This document shows, one piece after another, positions 36,437-49,600 of a stretch of DNA of 64,000 nucleotides (positions within the stretch are counted from its first letter, which is position 1; every line of letters starts with the position of its first letter). Made by a program: the position numbers and the translations under genes. The stretch comes from an uncultured delta proteobacterium. GTDB taxonomy: Bacteria > Myxococcota_A > Polyangia > Fen-1088. Where the stretch lies: positions 13,495 through 77,494 of the forward strand of contig CAWCMR010000021.1 in NCBI GenBank assembly GCA_963796685.1, in the 5' to 3' direction. The notes beneath the pieces were generated by a model. The model made no database searches and was not told the origin of the DNA. It saw only the letters and a program-made list of their open reading frames with translations.

Positions 36437-36663
36437 GTCGCCACATCCATCGCGAGACCTTCGTCTGCTTCCGCCCTTTCCTGTCTCGGATCCAGCTTGG
36501 CTACCTCGCGAGCTAGTCGAGTATGTTTGAGTCGATCGATCTTGTCGGCTAGGGCTGCTTCGATCGCCTGGCTCCGATTCGGGAACCGGTGTGTGGCAAT
36601 CAGGGTATCCAGCTCTCCAAGGATCTTGGAGTCGATAGTTACTGCGACCTTTGCCTTTGCCAT
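36421..36663 (-). CDS. Ribbon-helix-helix antitoxin
   Basis: MAKAKVAVTID...FPNRSQAIEAA; overlaps the toxin start. Confidence 0.88.
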   Translation of the reverse strand: MAKAKVAVTIDSKILGELDTLIATHRFPNRSQAIEAALADKIDRLKHTRLAREVAKLDPRQERAEADEGLAMDVATWPEY

Positions 36664-36700
36664 GGTATGACAATATATCATACCAGCGTCCTGGTTGCAA
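36664..36700 (-). promoter_or_regulatory. sigma70 promoter and operator palindrome of the TA cassette
   Basis: TTGCAA-N17-TATATT; GGTATGA-N7-TCATACC inverted repeat spans the -10 box. Confidence 0.75.
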
Positions 36701-36706
36701 TGAACG

Positions 36707-36810
36707 GCATAACAGGCCGTTGCGGCTGGCAGGGTCGCCGCAGTGAAATCGTGTAGAACCGAGACGCCGACTCGGCGGCGGGCTTGCAGCTGAACGGCAA
36801 AGCGTTCGAC
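36707..36810 (+). other. Integron attC site
   Basis: R'' GCATAAC (complement of the preceding GTTATGC), L'' GTTGCGGC, L' GCTGAAC, R' GTTCGAC. Confidence 0.85.
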
Positions 36811-37012
36811 AGACGGCCCTAGGTGCTTTGGACGGTTAACGGAAAAGGCTCGGCGAAACATCGCCAAACATGGTCTTACCTTCGAAGCGGCGGCGACCGC
36901 ATTCAGTGATCCGTTGTCGATCACCAGGTTCGATCCAGTCTCAACGAGCACATCCGGCGGGAACGTGTTCGTCCGTAGCGTCGCAGGTTCCTGATGCGGA
37001 CCGAATCGATCC

Positions 37013-37789
37013 CTACGCGCGGATGGTCCAGAAGTCGTCGGACAGATCGCGGTTGGCGACGTAGTCGTAGGGCATGGTGAAGTACCCCGACATGCCCCAG
37101 TCCGGACCCCAGGAATTGCGCACGAACAGGCGTTTGGCCTTGTCGTCGTAGCCCACGGCGCACACGGCGTGGCCGCCCACTTGGCGCTCCTGCGGCTTCG
37201 GCATGTCGACCACGCCGGTGCGTGCCACCGCCTGCGATTCGAAGCTTTCGTAGACCGAGAAGCCGAATACGAAGGGGTAGCCCTCGGCCAGGCACGCGCG
37301 CATCTCGGCAAGAGAGGCGATGCGGTGGTAGCTCGAAATCGTGTGCTGCTTGGCGGCCGTGTAGCAAGCGGCCGAGGGCTTCTTGGCGAAGGCCGAGATG
37401 ATGTAGGGCCACTTCTTCTCCGGGCACACGCCCAGCGCGGCCAGAGTCTTGATGCCGTCACGGAGCATTGCGCCCGAATCGCTCGCGACCGTGTGCTCGA
37501 GGGCGCGTTCGTTGTAGTAGATGAAAAGACGGCTCAGATCCACGAGGGTCTGGCCGCTCCTGATTTCGAGAAATTCCAGGGCGCCGGCCAGGGCGTTGGC
37601 GGTGCAGCTGCCAAGTTGGCCCTGGTTTTCCACCGGGGACATGTCTGGCCGAAGATCGACCGATTTGGGAACGCGCACGCCCTTCGGACGAAGGACCGCG
37701 TACGGGTAGTCGCGCTGATCGGGAAGATCCGGGATCCAGCCCCGGAGGTGTTTGGGTGACCTCACCGGTTTGGCTCGCTTGGCCTTCAT
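37013..37789 (-). CDS. C1A papain-like cysteine peptidase
   Basis: QGQLGSCTANA, GGHAV, RNSWG motifs. Confidence 0.93.
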   Translation of the reverse strand: MKAKRAKPVRSPKHLRGWIPDLPDQRDYPYAVLRPKGVRVPKSVDLRPDMSPVENQGQLGSCTANALAGALEFLEIRSGQTLVDLSRLFIYYNERALEHTVASDSGAMLRDGIKTLAALGVCPEKKWPYIISAFAKKPSAACYTAAKQHTISSYHRIASLAEMRACLAEGYPFVFGFSVYESFESQAVARTGVVDMPKPQERQVGGHAVCAVGYDDKAKRLFVRNSWGPDWGMSGYFTMPYDYVANRDLSDDFWTIRA

Positions 37790-37913
37790 GGTTCCTCCTG
37801 GTTTCACGGGTTGAAAGGAACAACAGCGCGCAAGGCTAACACGTCGGCCTCAGATTGGGCTTGCCTCGTCAGCCCACCGATCGCATGGTGAGCGCCTTCG
37901 CCGGGCCCCCATC

Positions 37914-39056
37914 GTGAACCTCAGCAACTGTCAATTCTTCGTCACCTGCGCCAAGGGAACCGAAGGTGCGCTACGGCGCGAGCTCGTGGCCTTGCGCATC
38001 CATGGCCCGCGCGGCGCGACCGGCGGGGTTTCCTTCGCCGGAACGCTCATGGACGGCATGAAGGTTTGCCTGCACGCCCGCGTCGCCATGCGCGTGCTGC
38101 TGGAAGTCGCAGCGTTTCAGGCGCACGACGCCGACCAGCTCTATGCGGAGACGCGCCAGGTGGACTGGACAGACTTCGTCGGGCGCGACATGACCATCGC
38201 GGTGAGCGCGACCACGCAGGACAATCCCAACCTGCGCCACTCGGGATTTTCCGCGCTCAAGGTCAAGGACGCCATCGTGGACATGCTGCGCGACCGCAAC
38301 GGGCGCCGGCCCGACGTGAACCCGCGCGATCCGGATGTGTCGGTGGTGCTGCACATTCGTGGCGGCGAGGCGCATCTCTTCGTGGACCTGGCCGGCGAGC
38401 CCCTGCACCGCCGCGGCTACCGCGTGGCCATGGTGGAAGCCCCACTCAAGGAATCCTTGGCCGCCGCCGTGCTCAGCCTGGGCGGCGTGGCGGCCGACCG
38501 GCCCTTCGTGGATCCCATGGCCGGATCGGGGACCCTGGCCATCGAGCACGCCATGGCGGCGCGAAACATCGCCCCGGGCCTGCACCGCCACTTCAGCTTC
38601 GAGCGCTGGCTCACCGCCGAACAGCGCAGGATTTGGGAGACGCTGCTCAAGAGCGCACGCGAAGGCATCCTCGCCAACGCGCCTTGTCCGATCCTGGCCC
38701 GCGACGTGGACAAGACCGCCATCGCGGCCGCGCGCAAGAACGCCGAGGCGGCCGGCGTCCTGGCTGACATCACCTTCGAGGTGGCCGACGTGGCAGGGCT
38801 GACGCGGCGGGATCCACCGGGCACGCTCTGCACGAATCCTCCCTACGGCGAACGCCTGGAAACCCCGGCTTCCGGCGCGGATGTGGAACGCCTCTACGCG
38901 GCCATGGCCCGCGCCTTCGATGCCATGGCGGGCTGGCGCGCCGTCTGCCTCTCGGGCAACCCGGCCTTCGCCAAGGTGCTGAAGCGCCGGCCCAGCATCT
39001 CGCACCGGCTCTACAACGGCCCCCTCGAAACCCGACTACTCGTCTTTGAACTGTAG
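37914..39056 (+). CDS. THUMP-domain RNA methyltransferase (RlmL/YpsC-like)
   Basis: LHRRGYR, APLKESLAA, DPMAGSGT, NPPYGER motifs. Confidence 0.9.
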   Translation: MNLSNCQFFVTCAKGTEGALRRELVALRIHGPRGATGGVSFAGTLMDGMKVCLHARVAMRVLLEVAAFQAHDADQLYAETRQVDWTDFVGRDMTIAVSATTQDNPNLRHSGFSALKVKDAIVDMLRDRNGRRPDVNPRDPDVSVVLHIRGGEAHLFVDLAGEPLHRRGYRVAMVEAPLKESLAAAVLSLGGVAADRPFVDPMAGSGTLAIEHAMAARNIAPGLHRHFSFERWLTAEQRRIWETLLKSAREGILANAPCPILARDVDKTAIAAARKNAEAAGVLADITFEVADVAGLTRRDPPGTLCTNPPYGERLETPASGADVERLYAAMARAFDAMAGWRAVCLSGNPAFAKVLKRRPSISHRLYNGPLETRLLVFEL

Positions 39057-39068
39057 CTCGGTATTTCC

Positions 39069-39599
39069 TTACATCCCCGAGAGGAACTTCCACTTTGCCG
39101 ACCCGCCGTTGGTGGAGCGCTCGAGCACGAAGCGGTGGTAGTCGTTGATCCTGCGGTAGCGCTCGCCCGCCTCGCCTTGCAGCTCGAAGGCACCGCTCAA
39201 AAACGCCTCGACCACGGCGTGTCCGCTGCTGTCGATCTTGATGCTCTTGTACTGAATCTCGTAGCGGATGGATTCCACGCGCTGCAAGCGCCCGGTGAGG
39301 ATGGCCTCCAAACCGGAGTATCCGTAGTCGTCGTTGGACTCGGGCGTGCCGCCGTCCTCGAAGTACTTGTGCGACGCGAGCAGCAGAAGCCCGTTGACGT
39401 TCTTCTCGATGAGCAACAATCGATATTGTTCGATGGTATCGATGATTTCCCGGTTGGTTTCGGTGGCGAGAATCGTCGTTCCCGGCAGATAGCGCCCATG
39501 GGCGCAGCCCGTGCTCGCGCCCACCAGAGCCAGCAGCAGCGTCGCGATCGCGAGAATCGGGGTAGAGCGCCCCTTTCTTGACACACTTTCCGTCTTCAT
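39069..39599 (-). CDS. Putative lipoprotein (NTF2-like)
   Basis: Signal peptide ending STGC; YFEDGGT..DDYGY motif. Confidence 0.6.
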   Translation of the reverse strand: MKTESVSRKGRSTPILAIATLLLALVGASTGCAHGRYLPGTTILATETNREIIDTIEQYRLLLIEKNVNGLLLLASHKYFEDGGTPESNDDYGYSGLEAILTGRLQRVESIRYEIQYKSIKIDSSGHAVVEAFLSGAFELQGEAGERYRRINDYHRFVLERSTNGGSAKWKFLSGM

Positions 39600-39764
39600 C
39601 GTCGAGAGGGACCTAGCATCAATCATTCCACGTGGGAAGCCCTTTGCCTGCCGGGAAAATCGCGGCACGCACGGGCCGTTGCGCGTTCCTGGCGCAAATC
39701 CGGGGCGGTTCTTGCCAAGTTGGCAGGCACGGGGGCGGGTTTGAAGCTGGTTTGAAAACCGACC

Positions 39765-40652
39765 CTACGGGGCGCCCAGCAAGCAGTCCATGTTGGCTTT
39801 TTCCCATAGCCGCGCGCGACCGTAGCCCGGGAATAGGCGTTCCTCGCGAGAAAACTCCGGTGGGTGAAAACACCGGCGACCGCCCACGTCACGAATCGCG
39901 TGTTTGCCGTGCAGCATTTCATGAAAGACGATCCATTCGAGGAAATAGGCAGGCACCATTTCCTGATCGAGCGCCGGATGGACCCGAATCAGGCGGTCTT
40001 CCAGCGAATAGCTGCCAACCTTGATGGAACGCTGGTTCCTGCGCTTGCGTAGGGGCCCCCAGGTGATACGCGCCTCGTGCTTGCCCTCGAAATAGCGTCG
40101 GTTGAGCCGGTCGAAGATGGCCGCCAAGTCATGAACCTGGCCGGCCGTTCGCAGCACCGTCTCGCGCGTCCGCGGCGGCTGCTTCCGGATGAGGTGCTGG
40201 TTGCTTTGGATGAACTCGCTGAGCTGGGCCGACGCGCGTGCATCGTTGTGAACCACGTAGCGAGCCAGCGCCCGTACCAAGCGCGGTTCGGCGCCGGCAA
40301 ACATGCGGTGGACACGAACCCGATAGAAGTCGCGACCGCGCTGAACCGAGACGATGGTATGCCGGTTCTCGGTCAGCTTCAGCCCCAGCATCTTTCCCGG
40401 CGGCATGTGGCCGAGCACCCCGAGCTCGAGCTGCAGCTCTTCGAGCGGCCGATCCACCCGCGGCGCCAGCAGGTTGCGGCCGGGGTTCCTGGAGCGAAGC
40501 TCCTGGCGCGAGCGGTCGGGGACAACGCGAGAGTCGACTTCGCACACGCGGTGTGTCGCGAAGGCAAACTCGAGTTGGTTGTCCGGCACTGGCGGCTGAG
40601 CTTCGTGCTCGCCAAGGCTGGCTGGCGGCAGCCTGGATTCGTATTCGGCCAT
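39765..40652 (-). CDS. SprT-like zinc metalloprotease domain protein
   Basis: FDRLNRRYF, GSY, FHEMLH, HPPEF motifs. Confidence 0.8.
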   Translation of the reverse strand: MAEYESRLPPASLGEHEAQPPVPDNQLEFAFATHRVCEVDSRVVPDRSRQELRSRNPGRNLLAPRVDRPLEELQLELGVLGHMPPGKMLGLKLTENRHTIVSVQRGRDFYRVRVHRMFAGAEPRLVRALARYVVHNDARASAQLSEFIQSNQHLIRKQPPRTRETVLRTAGQVHDLAAIFDRLNRRYFEGKHEARITWGPLRKRRNQRSIKVGSYSLEDRLIRVHPALDQEMVPAYFLEWIVFHEMLHGKHAIRDVGGRRCFHPPEFSREERLFPGYGRARLWEKANMDCLLGAP

Positions 40653-40848
40653 CCTATGAAAATCGCCCGTTGCGGCGTTCCTTTTCCAGAAATGCTATCA
40701 GCCGCCGAGCTGTGGATCAAAATTCTATCACTTTGTAGTTACTTGATTTTTCCTGTTGATAGTTTTTCAGCACGAATGTCCGTGAATATTACATATACCC
40801 ACATAAGCACACCCAAGGAGCCCCATGCGTGGGTGGGCGGGAGCGAGG

Positions 40849-42745
<1,897 letters not shown>

Positions 42746-43116
42746 CTAGCCCTGCAGATTTCTGCGGTCCAACCCCAGAGACCCTGACAGGTGTGTCATG
42801 GGCGACGGGTCGAAGGACCGCGGTTGTGGTTCTGGGATTTTCAAGAAATCCCCAAAATTTCGATACGATAGCTGACTTGAATGGAGGCCCATGGCCTCCG
42901 GCACGGGACTTGCTGACACAGGCGACAGGCAACAAGGCTTCAACTCCATTGTTGCTTATCCTCCCACGCACCGGCGCGAGCCGGTGTGCCTAAAATCGCG
43001 AATGTCAATGACATTCGCTTAACATAGATAGACAAACTTAACCAGCATGGCCTATGTAGCCCCGCAGCCCTCGTGGACGAGATCCACGGGGGCTGTGCAG
43101 TATCAGGGGCGCTGGT

Positions 43117-43305
43117 CGCGTGGGCGAGGCCGCGCGCAGCGCGGGGGTGGCAGGGCGGGTGGTGGGTGCCGAGGGTGAAGCGAGCCGGCGAGCTTTGCTC
43201 GCAGCGGACCATCGCGGGAGGGTTTGGCGAGGCCGCGCGCAGCGCGGGGGTGGCAGGGCGGGTGGTGGGTGCCGAGGGTGAAGCGAACTCTTTCAGGGTT
43301 CCCAT
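43117..43305 (-). repeat. Dispersed hairpin repeat with an internal ~60-bp duplication
   Basis: Reverse complement ATGGGAACCCTG...CGCGCGGCCTCGCCAAACCCTCCCGCGATGG...CCCACGCG shares modules with the array unit. Confidence 0.75.
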
Positions 43306-43306
43306 G

Positions 43307-44110
43307 TCAGCGCAGCTCCGTTGCATAGAGACAGACATAGGCACCTACGAAGAGAAGAGCGTCGATTCGATCCAGAATCCCGCCATGACCGGGCAGCAGT
43401 CGGCCCGAGTCCTTGGCCCCCGCCGCCCGCTTGAGCAAAGACTCGACCAGGTCCCCGGCCGGACCGACGATGGCCGCTGGCACGCCGATCATCACGCAAT
43501 CGCGCAGGGTGAGCGTGGGCATGAACAGCGCGCGCGCCGCCAAGGCAACGGCGAAGCTGGCCGCCAAACCACCCACGGCCCCCTCGACGGTCTTGCCCGG
43601 CGAAATGGCAGGTGCCAGCTTGTGGCGGCCCAAGGCACGGCCGGTGAAGTAGGCGCCGGTGTCGTTGCCGAAGGTGACCGCGATGGCCAGCGCCACCCAT
43701 GCCGATCCCATGCGCGCATGCAGAAGGGGTAGCGCGGCGAGGAGCCCGCCGACGTAGAAGACGCCGAAGCCCGCCGACGCCAGCCGCGTCCAGGCCGCGG
43801 GAAGATCGGTGGCTCGCGGCAGCAGCAGAAGCCCGCTGGCCATCACCGCGGCGAAGGTCCAGGTCAGGCCCATCTCCGGACGCAAGGCCAGACCCAGGAA
43901 AAGCCCGCAGCCGAGAAGCACGATGCCTGCACGCTCGGCCCAGGGACGCCTCGGCATGGTCAGCCCGGTGTACTCGACCAAAGCCAAGAGCGCGGCGAGG
44001 AAACAAAGCGCGGTGAAGCCGCGCGAGTCACGCCAAAACACGAAAGCGCCGACGATCGGCAGGCCCACCACCGCGGTGGCCACGCGAACCAGCAGATTTC
44101 TCCGCCCCAT
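43307..44110 (-). CDS. cdsA: Phosphatidate cytidylyltransferase
   Basis: ISPGKTVEG, GDLVESLLKR..GAKDSG.LLPGHGGILDRID. Confidence 0.97.
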   Translation of the reverse strand: MGRRNLLVRVATAVVGLPIVGAFVFWRDSRGFTALCFLAALLALVEYTGLTMPRRPWAERAGIVLLGCGLFLGLALRPEMGLTWTFAAVMASGLLLLPRATDLPAAWTRLASAGFGVFYVGGLLAALPLLHARMGSAWVALAIAVTFGNDTGAYFTGRALGRHKLAPAISPGKTVEGAVGGLAASFAVALAARALFMPTLTLRDCVMIGVPAAIVGPAGDLVESLLKRAAGAKDSGRLLPGHGGILDRIDALLFVGAYVCLYATELR

Positions 44111-44140
44111 CGTCACCGACCGCGCTCCCCTTCCATTTTA

Positions 44141-44278
44141 ATGGGACCCCTGCGAGGGCGCGTGAAAAGTGCCTGAGCTTTCTGTCGCAGGAGGACAGCG
44201 ATGCGACTGCCAGCTTCCCCTCTCCCGGCCCACCACCCACGCGGGCGCCACCGCGCTTCGCGCGGCCTCGCCCACGCG
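44141..44278 (+). repeat. Degenerate copy of the dispersed hairpin repeat
   Basis: ATGGGACCCCTG ... CCGCGCTTCGCGCGGCCTCGCCCACGCG. Confidence 0.6.
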
Positions 44279-44284
44279 TATGGA

Positions 44285-45022
44285 CTATCCAATCTTGCGC
44301 AGCTGCTCGCCGGTTCGTCCGAACCTGCGCTCGCGCCCCCGGTAGGAGTCGAGCGCGCGTATGAATTCTGCCCGGCCGAAGTCCGGCCAGAAGGTTTCCG
44401 TGAAGTAGAGCTCAGCATAGGCGGATTCCCACAAAAGGAAGTTGGAAAGCCGCTCTTCGCCAGAGGTGCGAATCATCAGGTCGAGCTGCGGCAGTCCGTG
44501 GGTCTGCATCGCGGCCTGGAAGCGTTCTTCGTCGATGTCCTCGGAATTGAGGGCACCCGCTTTCACCATGTCGCACAGCGAGCGCGTGGTCGCAACGATC
44601 GACTCACGGCCGCCATACGACAGCGCCAGGCACAGGGTCATTCTGCGATTGTTCGCCGAGTCTCGCTTGAGAGCCTCCAAGGGCTCGCGCACGTAGCTCG
44701 GCAGTCGATCGACATTGCCAATCGTGATGAGGCGAATGTCGTTGTCCATGATCTCGGGTCGTTCATCGATGACGTAGTCACGCAGAAGCTGCATCAGCAT
44801 GGCCACTTCGTCGGGTGGCCGCAGCCAGTTCTGCGCCGAGAAAGCGTACAGGGTCAGAGCCCGCACCCCGATCTCGCGGGCCGCGCGCACGACCTCGCGC
44901 ACCGCCACCGCCCCTCGCCGATGGCCTTCGATGCGCGGCAATCCGCGCAACTGCGCCCAGCGACCATTCCCGTCCATGATGATTGCGACGTGTCGCGGCA
45001 GGCTGCTTGGATCAGAAGACAT
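44285..45022 (-). CDS. uppS: Undecaprenyl diphosphate synthase
   Basis: HVAIIMDGNGRWA, IRTSGEERLSNFLLW motifs; upstream of cdsA. Confidence 0.97.
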   Translation of the reverse strand: MSSDPSSLPRHVAIIMDGNGRWAQLRGLPRIEGHRRGAVAVREVVRAAREIGVRALTLYAFSAQNWLRPPDEVAMLMQLLRDYVIDERPEIMDNDIRLITIGNVDRLPSYVREPLEALKRDSANNRRMTLCLALSYGGRESIVATTRSLCDMVKAGALNSEDIDEERFQAAMQTHGLPQLDLMIRTSGEERLSNFLLWESAYAELYFTETFWPDFGRAEFIRALDSYRGRERRFGRTGEQLRKIG

Positions 45023-45349
45023 ATGGCGTTCTCGGGTACCACATGAACAGACTTCCTTCAACTGGCGCAAGTACATCCTGCAAAGAACCGAGCTGTTCGG
45101 GCGAACCCAAGGGGGAAGGTATACTCACGGTGGTGGACGTAGGTTACAACGAAATCCGAGATCAACGTGAGTCGCAACGTATTTTCCAGTCACCGAGCGC
45201 ACAGATTTCGATCGCTGGCCGTCCCTACTATGCCATGTGTCAACGGAACTCGGCAAACGAGTTTGTGGACCGTCCAGGAATCGTCTACGCTCGAAGTCCA
45301 TCGTACGACGTAGGTTGGGTCGGATCCCAAAGGAAAGGCGCATTCTCGC

Positions 45350-45733
45350 ATGAAAACGCGTGAGGACATCGAGTCGTATTTGCTCAAGACGGGCGTCGGG
45401 TACGACGATCTGGGCGGTAACATCTGGCGTCTCCACTTCAACGGTATCGAGAGCCTGCTGGTTTCCCTGGCCGGACCGATCGTCGTGTTCCGACTCAAGA
45501 TGATGGAGGTGCCGAGCGCCAAGCGCGAAGCGCTCTTCGAGACCCTGCTGCGCCTCAACACCACCGAGCTCTTCCACTGCGCTTTTGGCATCGAGGGCAA
45601 CGCCATCGTGCTGGGCAGCGCGCTCGCGCTCGAAAACATGGATCTCAACGAATTTCAGGCCGTCATCGACGACATGGGCATGGCCGTCAGCAAGCTGTAT
45701 CCCGTGCTATCGAAATTCAGGACCGCAGCCTAG
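45350..45733 (+). CDS. CesT/YbjN-like chaperone-fold protein
   Basis: 127 aa with LFETLLRLN...AFGI...LENMD.NEF; upstream of pspA. Confidence 0.7.
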   Translation: MKTREDIESYLLKTGVGYDDLGGNIWRLHFNGIESLLVSLAGPIVVFRLKMMEVPSAKREALFETLLRLNTTELFHCAFGIEGNAIVLGSALALENMDLNEFQAVIDDMGMAVSKLYPVLSKFRTAA

Positions 45734-45762
45734 CTTCAGACCCGCAGCAGAGGAAAACCGTC

Positions 45763-46545
45763 ATGGGAATTTTTTCGCGCATCGGAACCCTGTTCAAGTC
45801 CAACATCAACGACGTCATCTCCAAGGCGGAAGACCCGGAGAAGATGCTCAACCAGATCGTCCTCGACATGCAGAACCAGCTGATCGAGGCCAAGAAGCAG
45901 GTCGCGGTCTCGATAGCGGACCAGAAGCGTCTGGAAAAACAGCGCGACGAGCAAGGCGACCTGGCCCAAGAGTGGGAACGCAAGGCCATGCTGGCGGTGC
46001 GCGCGAACGACGAAGGCCTGGCGCGCGAGGCGCTCAAGCGCAAGGCCGAGCACGACAGCCAGCTCGCCGAATTCGGCAAACAGGCCCAGCTGCAAAAGGA
46101 CGCGGTCGACAAGCTCAAGGATCAGCTGCGCGCGCTCAACGACAAGATCGAGGAGGCCAGGCGCAAGAAGAACATCCTCATCGCGCGCCAGAAGCGGGCC
46201 GAGGCCCAGAAGACCATCCAGGGCACCATGAGCGGGCTGTCCGACACGGGCGCCTTCGACACCTTCGAACGCATGTCGCAGAAGGTGGATCAAATCGAGG
46301 CCGAGGCCGACGCGAACACCGAGCTCGGCAACGAGCTGACCGGGGACACCCTGGCGCAGAAATTCAAGGCCCTCGAGTCCGGACCGGTCAGCCAAGACGA
46401 CGCCCTGGCCGAGCTCAAGGCCAAGATGGGCCTCGGACCCATGCCCGAGGCCAAGGGTGCCCTGCCCGCTGCGACGTCCGACCCGCTGGCGGAGCGCGAA
46501 GGCGCGAAGGCGAGCGCGGCCCCCGTGCCGACCCGCAACAAGTAG
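45763..46545 (+). CDS. pspA: PspA/IM30 family protein
   Basis: MGIFSRI...AEDPEKML.Q, long coiled coil, FERM..KV. Confidence 0.93.
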   Translation: MGIFSRIGTLFKSNINDVISKAEDPEKMLNQIVLDMQNQLIEAKKQVAVSIADQKRLEKQRDEQGDLAQEWERKAMLAVRANDEGLAREALKRKAEHDSQLAEFGKQAQLQKDAVDKLKDQLRALNDKIEEARRKKNILIARQKRAEAQKTIQGTMSGLSDTGAFDTFERMSQKVDQIEAEADANTELGNELTGDTLAQKFKALESGPVSQDDALAELKAKMGLGPMPEAKGALPAATSDPLAEREGAKASAAPVPTRNK

Positions 46546-46626
46546 GATGGACGTGATGGGAGCTTGCCGCCTCCGTGCCCTTCGCGGATCCGAGCACCAT
46601 GCCATCCGCGGGACGCCGGCGGTGTA

Positions 46627-49600
46627 ATGGCAAAGACGATCCTGCTCGTTGAAGACGATCCCATCGCGCGCAAAGCGGTGGAACGTCTGATCTGCAGCGA
46701 GCCACGCCTGGCCGGCATCGAGCCACGCGTGGTCCAGGCCGCCAGCGGACAGCAGGGCCTGGCCGTGTTCGTCTCGGAACGACCCGACCTCATCATCACG
46801 GATCTCTACATGCCGGCGATGGATGGCTTTTCCCTCTGTCGTTCGATCCGCGAAGCCCCGTTCGGCCAAGAGGTTCCCATCATCGTGACCTCGGGGATCT
46901 ACAAGGATCCAGCGCTGGCCAGCAGCCTCAGCGACGAGGTACGGGCGTGCTTTCTGCCCAAGCCCCTGCAGCCCGACGACCTCGTGCGCACCATCCTGGA
47001 GTGCCTCGGCCAGCCGCTGCCGGCGCAAGAGAGCACCGGCGGGATGAAGCCACAGCCGCACCACCGGGCCGAGGACCAGGCCATGGCGCCCGATCCGGCG
47101 GCGAAATTCCGGTCCACGGAAAAACGCGACATCGCCATCGACCTGGCCGGGCTCGAGCCGCCGCCGGCCCCGGCAGCGCCACCCCAGCCCGACAAGCCGG
47201 CCCCTGCGGTGGAAGTCGTCGCCGTTCCCCCCTCCGCGGGTAACCCCATCGGCGCGGGCTCGCTGGCGAAAACGCACGTGGCACGCCTGATCTTCGACCT
47301 GGCCGAAACCTCCATCGTGGGCACGCTCAGCTTCGCCCACGGCAAGGTTCGCAAGGATCTCTACGTTCGCGGCGGACAGGTGGTCGCCGCCGATTCCAAC
47401 CTGCGCCAGGAGGCGCTGGGCACCCTCCTGTGCGCCAAGGGCATCATCGACGAGGGCCAGCTCGCCTTCGTCCTCGCCGAGACCAAGAAGCGCGGGCACA
47501 AGATGGGCGCGGTCCTCATCGAGCTCGGCTGGCTCACGCCCGAGGAGGTCTTGCAGTGCCTGGCCGCCCAGGCGCGCAAGCGCATCGTGGATTGCCTGCG
47601 CTGGGACGAGGGCAGCTACAGCTTCACGCCGGGCGACAGCTTCGGCGAGCGGGTCATCGAGCACGATCTCGATGTCGCCAAATCGATCTTTCTCGGCCTC
47701 TATCGCAGCGCCACGCCCGAGGCCTTGGTGGACCGCTTCGATCAAAGCGGGGCCTGTCCGGTGCAGCTCACGCAACGCTTCGACCGCTACAGCGGTGCGT
47801 TCGAGGAGACCTTCGGGGGCGACATTTCGAGCATCATCGCCGACGCCCCCACCGTCGGCGCCCTGTCCTTGCGCGAGGACGCGCACGTGGTGATGGCGGA
47901 GATCGAGGCGCTGCTCGAAACCGGGCTGGCCGCGCTCGGAGACCCCATGGACGAAGAGGAGACCTCGACGACCGCCCTCGAATCCTCGTTCTCCCTGGAA
48001 AAGCTGGGGGCCGAGCTGAACAGGCGCTTCGAGGCCATCGTCGAGAGCCCGGCCAACGTGAGCTTTACCGAGATTCGCAAAGCCGAGGTCCTGCCGATGT
48101 CGGGCCCCGGCTACGCGCGCACGGCCGAGGAATCGAACTCGGGCGCGCTCGACATCGGCTACTCGACCAAGTCCGAGCGCCGCACGGGAACGCACCCCGT
48201 CGTGGTGCCGGCCTCGGACCTGCGCCAGCGCCTGCTGCACGAGTACCTGATGATTCACGGCAAGTCGCACTACGAGATCCTCGGTGTCACGCCGCAGACA
48301 GCGGTAAGCCGGATCGAAGAGGCCGTGCTGGCGAAGTTGGCCAGTTTCTCCGACGAGGAAGTGGCGGGCGCCGACCTGGCGCCGGCGGACCGGGCCAGGC
48401 TGGACGCCGTGCGCGCGGCCATCACCCAGGCCGGCCGGATCTTGTGCGCCCCGACCGAGCGCGAAGGCTACGACCGGCGCCTGGTCACGGCCAGCACCGC
48501 CGCCGTCGATCCCCTGGGGGCCGAGCTGGCCTTCGGCGAGGCCATGCAGCTCTTCCAGGCCGAACGCTTCGATGAGGCATTGGTGAAATTCGAGACCGCG
48601 GTGAGCGCGCGGCCTGACCAGGCGCTTTACCACGCCTATCTCGGCTGGGCCGGCTTCGTGGCGAGCGGTCCGGACAAGGCCAGCGAGGCCCGCGATCGCC
48701 TGCACCACGCCCTGGCCCTCGATCCCGATCTGGCCGAGGCCCACGCCATGCTCGGGCGACTGGCCGCCACCGAGGACGACGCGCGGACCGCGCGCCGCCA
48801 CCTGGAGCAAAGCCTGACCATCGAGCCCGAGCAGGCGGAGGCCGTGGCCCTGCTGCTCGAAGCCTATGCCCGCTTGCCCGAGCCCGATCCGCGAGGGGCC
48901 GAGCGCTTCCTGCGCAAGCTGGTTTCCGCCCTGGGCGAGCGGGCGGAGCCCCTGCGCCAGCGCATCTGGCTTGCCCTGGGCGCGCTCTACGAGGACGAGC
49001 TCGCCGATCGAAGCTCGGCCCGCATCGCCTACGACACCGCCGCGCGCCTGGCGCCGAGACACATCGACAGCGTGCGCAAGTCGCTCGAGCTCAACTCGGA
49101 GGATCCCGCGCGCTGGCGCGAAACCGCCCACGCCCTGGCGTCGGAGTGGCATCTCCACCCCCACGACAGCGCACCCGCCGCCCGGTTGCTGTCCCTGTTC
49201 CGCAGCCAAGGACAGCAAGGCGCGGCAGCGACGACCGCCGCGGCCATGGTCCTGCGCGGCCTTGCCGACGAGCCGACGCGCACGCTGGCCGACCAAGGAC
49301 GGCCCCTCTCCCTGCGCCGGATCTCCGGACCGCTGCCCGCCAACCTTCTGGCCCGCGCAGGCTACCGCGCCGAAGAAAGCGACCTCGAAGAGCTCGCAGC
49401 CTTGCTGGTCGAAACCTCGGTGCTCAAACCCTTCACCCGCGACGAGCTGGGACTGCTGGATACCGACACCCCGTTGTCCGCCGCAGCCGAGCCCGCGCCC
49501 TTTCGAGACGTTCTGCACTACGTGTGCGGCCTCTTCCAAACCCAGGTGCCCGAAACAATCATCAGGGTGCCGGTCCTGGGCGGGGACGCCCGGCTTGCCG

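Noticed and set aside
45736-49539. Long antisense ORFs (1267 aa here; also 9343-11892, 31491-34448, 21624-23261)
   Set aside because: Shadow frames of high-GC genes with no motifs
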